From: Macrostomum lignano
Lineage: Eukaryota
DNA: 64,000 nt
Direction: 5' to 3'
Assembly (NCBI GenBank): GCA_002269645.1
Contig: NIVC01002171.1
Span: 10,860-74,859 of the forward strand
Position 1 is the stretch's first letter. Each line of letters starts with the position of its first letter. Of this stretch, positions 57,610 through 64,000 are shown one piece after another. Below the pieces are notes generated by a model. That model saw only the letters and a program-made list of their open reading frames with translations. It was not told where the DNA came from and ran no database searches. Position numbers and translations under genes: made by a program.

Positions 57610-58190
57610 GCGTCGTGACCCCAGACCCACCGGCACCGTGCCTGGATTCCGGCTCGCAGTTCCATCGCAGGGCGGGGCCCTGATTGGACTCAACCGCAGG
57701 GACATCAGGGACTCTCTCGGATAATGGCTGTTTTGCCAGGCATCGCCACCTGCAGGGAAAAATCCGCAGTGAGGAATGCCCTTTCTGCCTCTCCGGTGTC
57801 GAGAATGCGGAGCACTTCATCTGTGAATGCCCTGCCTTTACTCAGGTCAGGCTCACCTATCACGGCCCCAGGGACAACTAAACACTCGTTTAGGACACTA
57901 TGACACTAGAGTGCTTTAGTTGTCCCTGCTCGGCCCAAACCCGGACCTCTCCGACGTTTTCAGGCCCGAGAATCTCTGCCAGCTCGTCCGCTACCTAAGG
58001 GCTATCGGGCGAGCGACAATCCACCTCCTGGAGGGGGAACGCGCTGTGGACACCGGCACCACCGGAACTCTTTGGAACTCTACCGGAACACCGGCAGCAC
58101 CAGCTGCCTGTTGTCGCCAGGGGTCAGCGAAATGGGCAGCAACGTTTAGCGCCTGTTCTTGCTTACTCTTAGTGGATAACTGATTTGATT
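57610..58190 (+). pseudogene. 3'-end fragment of a LINE related to the 44-48 kb element
   Basis: GCFARHRHLQG...CPFCLSGVENAEHFICECPAF...QLVRYLRA parallels the ORF2 C-terminus of the LOA-like element; short (ATTTG)n tail. Confidence 0.8.
57869..57928. mobile_element. 60-bp miniature element with the P-like TIR CAGGGACAACTAAA
   Basis: Perfect 14-bp TIRs identical to the ends of 15403-20851, and a 7/8 TSD (CACGGCCC / CTCGGCCC). It interrupts the LINE frame TYLGP. Confidence 0.85.
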
Positions 58191-59860
58191 TGATAGCTCG
58201 CTGCCAACACGTTTCCTGAGATTCACTAAGCCTAGTTTTAGGAGATAAAAGAACGAGGGCGGGAATCCAAAGAAAAGTAAGCTGTTCCAATAAAAGATAG
58301 TTTAACACCCGGATTCCCCTGCTATTCCTTATGAAGTACAATTTCGTAGTACAATTTATGAATGACTCCCTTTGATACTGGCCCAAGACTGTTCATCAAC
58401 AAGCTAAAAAATTATCATATCATCTTCTCATTTACCTGAAAGTTAAACTTTGACGATCCCGATCTTGAATTAAGGAAAGGAAACTAAACAAACTTATCCT
58501 TTCCCACGAGCGCTACGCCTCTTTACATTATACTCGTATGAAAGCTTTAAATATATTACTGACATTTTCTGAAACTAAGACTACTACCAGTAGCATAAAT
58601 ACAAATTCGCGCTACACTATATTATTTCTTAATCCCTGGTAGAACTTGACAGCAAGATTAGTGAGAGAGTATACTCGTATTAGTAGCCGGCCATATAGCT
58701 TAAATTATGACAGTACCGATGAGATAAAGTAATTGTAGTTTCCAAATTGATGGTCTTTAAAGCGCCCTGGAGGCTCAGAAACAGGCAATTGTCTCGAAAA
58801 TCCCACTGCATTTACATTCAGACTGCAGCATCCGTGTAGCTCTGCAAATTGAGAAAGCTCAGCTACACAGGGTTATTGTAAGAACAGACTATCCAGGTTA
58901 AAAAACTCTTTAGAGGTAGCTGACGTAGAGCTTCATTTCTACGTTGCCTACGTTACCAACCTCCTGTAGAATAGATGTATTGCATATTTAAACAACGAAA
59001 ACGCTTTCAATGCAGAAAACTGCATGATTGACAAAGCAGCTCCAGACGATTTGTGTTTGTATTTCGAAAATTAAGCACAGCAGTGGCCCCTTTTTAAAGT
59101 AAACATTTTTCCTTTTTCATGAATAAGGAATAAGGGCTCTGCTTAAGGCATTTTTTAAACGAGCTAGTTTTTAAAAAAAATAAAAATAATTTTCAAATTT
59201 GTGAATATGTAAATCCCTGAGTCAAGGGTACTGTACAGTATCAGCACAGGAACTGACTGCACGCAGCTCTGCTGTTGCTTAGGCTTTTATGGCACATTAT
59301 ACATGTAAAAATTTCGAGAATGAGAATACAAAAATTGTATAGATTTGATTACTGTGCCAGTACAGCACTGCACAGCTGCAGCTTGTGTGCCTAAGTACTT
59401 TGTTGGTAGATTAAAAGCAATTGCTGTAATGAAAAATGATCATTTCGAGAACTGTAAGCAAAAATCAGTGAAGGAATTTTATGCGAAATTGATAAAGTTT
59501 TTTTTCAAATTGAAAGCAATCTTGAAGTATATATTAAGTAAAAACAAGCGGATTTAATAAAAGGTATAATTATAACAAATTTATTAATCTTTATAAAAAT
59601 TTGCGCCAGAAAATAGATTTACAGTGTAAATTTGTAATTTTTTAGTGTTATCAATATATTAGGATTAGTTTCACCTAAATAGTAAGTATTTTTTCGCTGT
59701 CAAGGTAAAACATCACATCGCTATTCAAACGAAAGCAAGCAAATCATTAAGTATAATAGCTAGTACATACGGGTCGGCACAAAATCAATCTTCGCCACCA
59801 TAATTATTTAAGTTTTTTAATTCTTAAGCTTCAAGGCTTTCTTTTTCTTTACTTGCGATA

Positions 59861-62800
59861 ATGTCTGCGAGACCAACACAGTGCATCTGTCAAATCTGCA
59901 ATTGCGGGTATGCAAAACGTCATTTTTCTTTTCTTAATGTTTTCGACTTTCAAGAAATTTTTGCTGAAAAAAGAATTTAGTAAAAGTAAAATATCGTTTT
60001 ACTGAATTTTCAAAATTCCTATACTATCCCTTAGATTATTTAATTCCAAATAGGTTATTTGACTCCCCATTTTCCTCTATATTTCTGTGCTGTTTTCTAA
60101 GTAATTTATGGTTAGACATGCATTCCCTGGCCTGGCACGACTCTTCAAAATTTATCAGAACTAATGATTTGAAATTTTACAAAACCATATAAATTAAACT
60201 GGTGAAAATGGTTCAATTTTAGCATTTAAATTTATAATAGACAGAAAAAATACACTTAAATTAATCATTTCTCACTTCTGTCTGATTTAAAACTTAAAAA
60301 CAAGGTTTTATTTATTATTAAACGAATTTATAAGCCCTAATTTGTTTTTTGTTTGCATTCCTTAATTGAGTTTATTAGCTACGCCAAATACAAATTAAAA
60401 TTAAATGGTTAAAACTTGATATGAGCAATTTTTTTCTGGTCACTTTATCAGCCGGCACCGCTGCAAGCTGCACCCGAATCGCCCGATCCGCGACGGCCCC
60501 TGCCAGCTGTCCGAGTACACCAACAAGTTCATCCCACACGCCATCGTGCCGGTCGGCAGCTTCAAGCCGACAGTCCGAGCGGCCGGCAGCGAAGGCCCTC
60601 TGTCCGATAAGACCACCCACCGGGTGGACTTCGTGCCGCACCCGCTGGACAGGCCGAAGCAGCACCAGGCTGAACAATACCGGCCGCCCTCCGGCCAGTT
60701 CGATGGCATCACCATGTACAGCAAGGAGTACACGGAGAAGCGGGCAGACCGAGCCGTGCCCGCTAAGCGCGAAGTGAAACGCGGCGTTGCTGGCGAATTC
60801 CGCGGCGAGCCGACCTACAAGCACGACTACCGGAAGTGGGACATGCCCAAGCTGGAGCGGAGCCGCACCAACCCGCAGTGGGAGCCGTCCAAGACTCCGT
60901 TCGGCGGCCTGCCTACCTACACCACCGACTATGTGGCCCACCCGGGCAGGTGAGAAGGGCTGATTGGCGATTAGGTTGGTTCTAAATAAAATAGTTTAGC
61001 TTGCAGCAATCGATCATGTGATAATGAACAGACAAATCCACTTTTACCTGAACCAGAGTATAATCGACTTTTAATGACATGCTGAACTATCAGCGGTCAT
61101 AATTCAGGTTGGTTTAAATTATCCCTTCTATATGGACACTATTTTTATATTTAGAATGTTTTTTCTTGGCATTGAAAGTTGCTTCTGCCTCACTCGATCA
61201 CTAAATATTTTATCGATTGACGGTTCAAATAGGCTTTCTGCCGATCACATTCAAGTCCAAACTCAACAGTGAACAGAAATCACTTTAAATGCATTGCTTC
61301 AGTAGCGTTTCTGGCTTATAATTTTTACTCATTTTGATTTTAAAACATGATTAGCACGAATATGGTACTGGATAACTTAAGCACCGGACTGGGGCCTGAA
61401 GTACCGTGGATTGTATGACGACTCAACAGTTACCGGTAGAATGGGACCCAAGAATTCTACAGGATCACACGATCAGGCAGACTTGAAGGAATATTTTAGA
61501 GCTCGTTTACAACACTATTTCTCAGTCAACTTCTTCCTGATACGGCTAGGTGAGACACGAACTGTAGGTTGACATGAAATCCCGTTTTATCCAACTTTAC
61601 CCGGCAAGTTATTGATTTCAGGCGGTTTGGTCTCGTGTCTTATTTTTGGGGTTCATTCCGGAGCTTAAGTTTACATCCCTAAATTGAGACTGTCACACAG
61701 ATAACAAACGTTGGCTCCTCACAGACCGTCCACCAGCTGCAAGCCAAACGAGGTCGCTCGCATGTCGTCCGCCCCGCTGGAGAACCAGACCGACTACCGG
61801 CAGAGCTTTGTGCCGCATCCGCTCGAGCGGCGCAAGGAGAAAGAGCGCCAGGTCTGGGCGCGCCCATCGGCGCCATTCGATGGCCTGAGCACATTCACGC
61901 GCGACTTCACCCCAAAATCGGCGATGGTCCGCAGTTCGATGAAGCCGGACGCTACCGCGTTTGCCTCCAACGCGCCGTTCAAAGACGACACAACGCACCG
62001 ACTTGACTTCAAGCCGTGGGAGCTGCAGCGTCACGCCGTGCATAAAGCCGAGCCCTACGTGCCCCCGGAGGGTCACGTGGATGGCACCACGACCTACGTC
62101 AAGGACTACCCAGCCCACAAGGTCGTTAGGGAGACCTACACTAGGAGGCCGGAGCGCGGTCTACCTAGCGGAGAATTCAATGACGCCACAGATTACAAGT
62201 GAGTTTTCCTCACCTTTGACTCATCTTTCCTCACCTTTAATCCTTTTTTACACCAGATGTAAACCCTTACGGCATAAACCCACATTTTAAAGTCTTTCGG
62301 TCTCTTGGACGTTTCTTGCGACTTAAACAGAAGCCTTAGTATCGGTAATTTTTCCGAGCCTATAACCAAGGATACAAAAACTCCATTACGTCGCTAGGGC
62401 AATTTTTAGGTTTGTTTTTCTTGCTTCTCACCCAATCAGCTTCATGGGAAGTGGAGCTACTTTTATTGGTCGTTACCAAAAAAAATCAACCAATTCATTG
62501 CAACTGTACTGAGAGGCATGTCCATATTGTTACTTGTTTGTAGTGCAAGCAGGGGTTGCAATCTGGCAAGGCGGTGTGAGACTTGGGGAGAGGCAGACAG
62601 CAGAACCCATGGGTTGCAAGAGCTTTAGCCATACGCAGTATATCCTAGCAAACTTTAGCCGCAGGCAGCTGAGCAACTGGCAAAAAGAAGAATGGCTTTC
62701 ATTGTTGACTGTCGCCCGGCAGAACTGAGCTGGTCCAGTGGTGGGGGAGAGAGAAGGGAGAACGGAGAGTAAAGATGCAAGAGAGAGAAGAGAGCCACCC

Positions 62801-63935
62801 GTGCCTGGCTACTTATCACACCGAGGCTTTAGAAAATCATTTTCTATTCAAAGAAGCGAGGCAATCAAGACGGATCAAAACCTCGCGTGTGCTCTCTCTG
62901 CTCACTGCTCAGCAGACCGTCTCAGTTCTCTTTTCGTTGTCTAACGTTGCCGATGAGTACCCAACATTCGAGTCTCTCACGCCACTCTGGCCTAACCATC
63001 TTGCTAATGGTCTCGCCACTTAAAAAACGAATACTGAATATCTAACTGTAGAAAGTGGCTCCGACATTGTCTAGAAAAGTTTTGGCATACCACTTAATTA
63101 GCTTAGTTTAGTGAATACCGTGTTGCAGGAGACGGGTAAATATATACTATTATATTTCTGAATTCGCCTACTTATAGAAAGAAGTATAAGGGGACGAATA
63201 GCCTGTAGAGTGCCCGTGATGTCTTTACGAGCTATTGCGCCTGAGGGCAGACAACAAGCTTTTTAAGCCCTCTGACATAAAATTGGGGGCCTAGTATTGA
63301 AATGCTAGTGTTGATAGCAACCAAATATTGACACCCTAAAGGGTCCATTTTGATAATAAACGTATCGGAACTCTTCAATGCATTAATAGTAAAAAGTTTC
63401 GTTCTAGCACTCCGTGCAACGTTCCGAAATCCACCGACGCAAGTTGGTATTTTTATATTACACCAATGGATGACAGTGCAATGTAAAAGCATCTGCGTCT
63501 TTAACGTCGGACGACGTCGCTAACGTCGAAATGCTGTACAGGCACAGCAACAGCACGTTGGAGAAATTGCACACTAAATGTAATCGCATTATCCTAAATG
63601 AACAAAAAATATCTTCCCTGCTTTTGAGCTGTTAAATGTGTGTCGAAAAGCGTTATTTATACCGCATAGCCAGGATCTATTGGTAAACTTCTACATTGTA
63701 CATTTTAACAAGCAATCTGAAACTGCCGCACCGAATCCAGGACAACTTCAAGAAGTGGCGCTCACGGGCCGGGAGAAAGTCGGCCCAACAGACTACCAGC
63801 CGAATTCAGCGCCCTTCGAGGCCAGAGCACCACGGCCAGCCATTTCGTGCCGCACCCAATGGACGTCCGACGCAGCTTTAAGCGTCGCAGGACGCCGCCA
63901 GAACCGAAGGCCGTTGATGGAACCACACTCTATCG
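59861..63935 (+). CDS. SAXO: SAXO/FAM154 (STOP-like) microtubule-stabilising protein; exons 59861-59907, 60452-60949, 61725-62198 and a frameshifted exon at ~63718-63935; continues beyond the window
   Basis: N-terminal CICQICNCGRHRC motif and repeated TT(Y/H)xxD(F/Y)xxH / PFxGxSTxxxDF modules; GT-AG junctions in phase. Confidence 0.88.
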
Positions 63936-64000
63936 TGAGTTCTTGATTAGCCTGATCTGCTACTAATATCAGATTTCGATCAAAATTTCAAAACTCAAAC

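Overview
Eukaryotic, repeat-dense genomic DNA from an invertebrate. The GC-rich exons, AT-rich introns and many micro/minisatellites resemble a free-living flatworm such as Macrostomum; that assignment is inference and is not verified. Host genes: an argininosuccinate lyase (3 exons, with two small deletions), a tandem family of secreted WSC+PAN/Apple proteins (two near-identical copies inside a 2.7-kb duplication, one diverged paralog, one 3' remnant), the C-terminal exons of a GABA-A-like Cys-loop chloride channel, a SAXO/FAM154 microtubule protein, and an intronless PARP/Gig2-like ADP-ribosyltransferase domain. The rest is nested mobile DNA: one BEL/Pao, three Ty3/gypsy segments, two Ngaro-like tyrosine-recombinase retrotransposons, an RNase H-bearing LOA-like LINE with an 11-bp TSD, a CR1/L2-like remnant, a Penelope-like fragment with hammerhead-ribozyme motifs, a Tc1/IS630 derivative and several MITEs. 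The most notable structures are: (i) one P-element-like family seen at three scales (5,449, 60 and 30 bp, each with an 8-bp TSD), whose large copy carries an LTR-less gypsy gag-pol and whose 30-bp copy fits a P-type excision footprint; (ii) the stand-alone PARP-like ORF between two retroelements; (iii) a TTAA-targeting CA...TG element with a paralogous empty site; (iv) a 54-nt CCA-containing tRNA-Ser copy at a gypsy primer-binding site. No CRISPR array, rRNA or complete tRNA gene was found.
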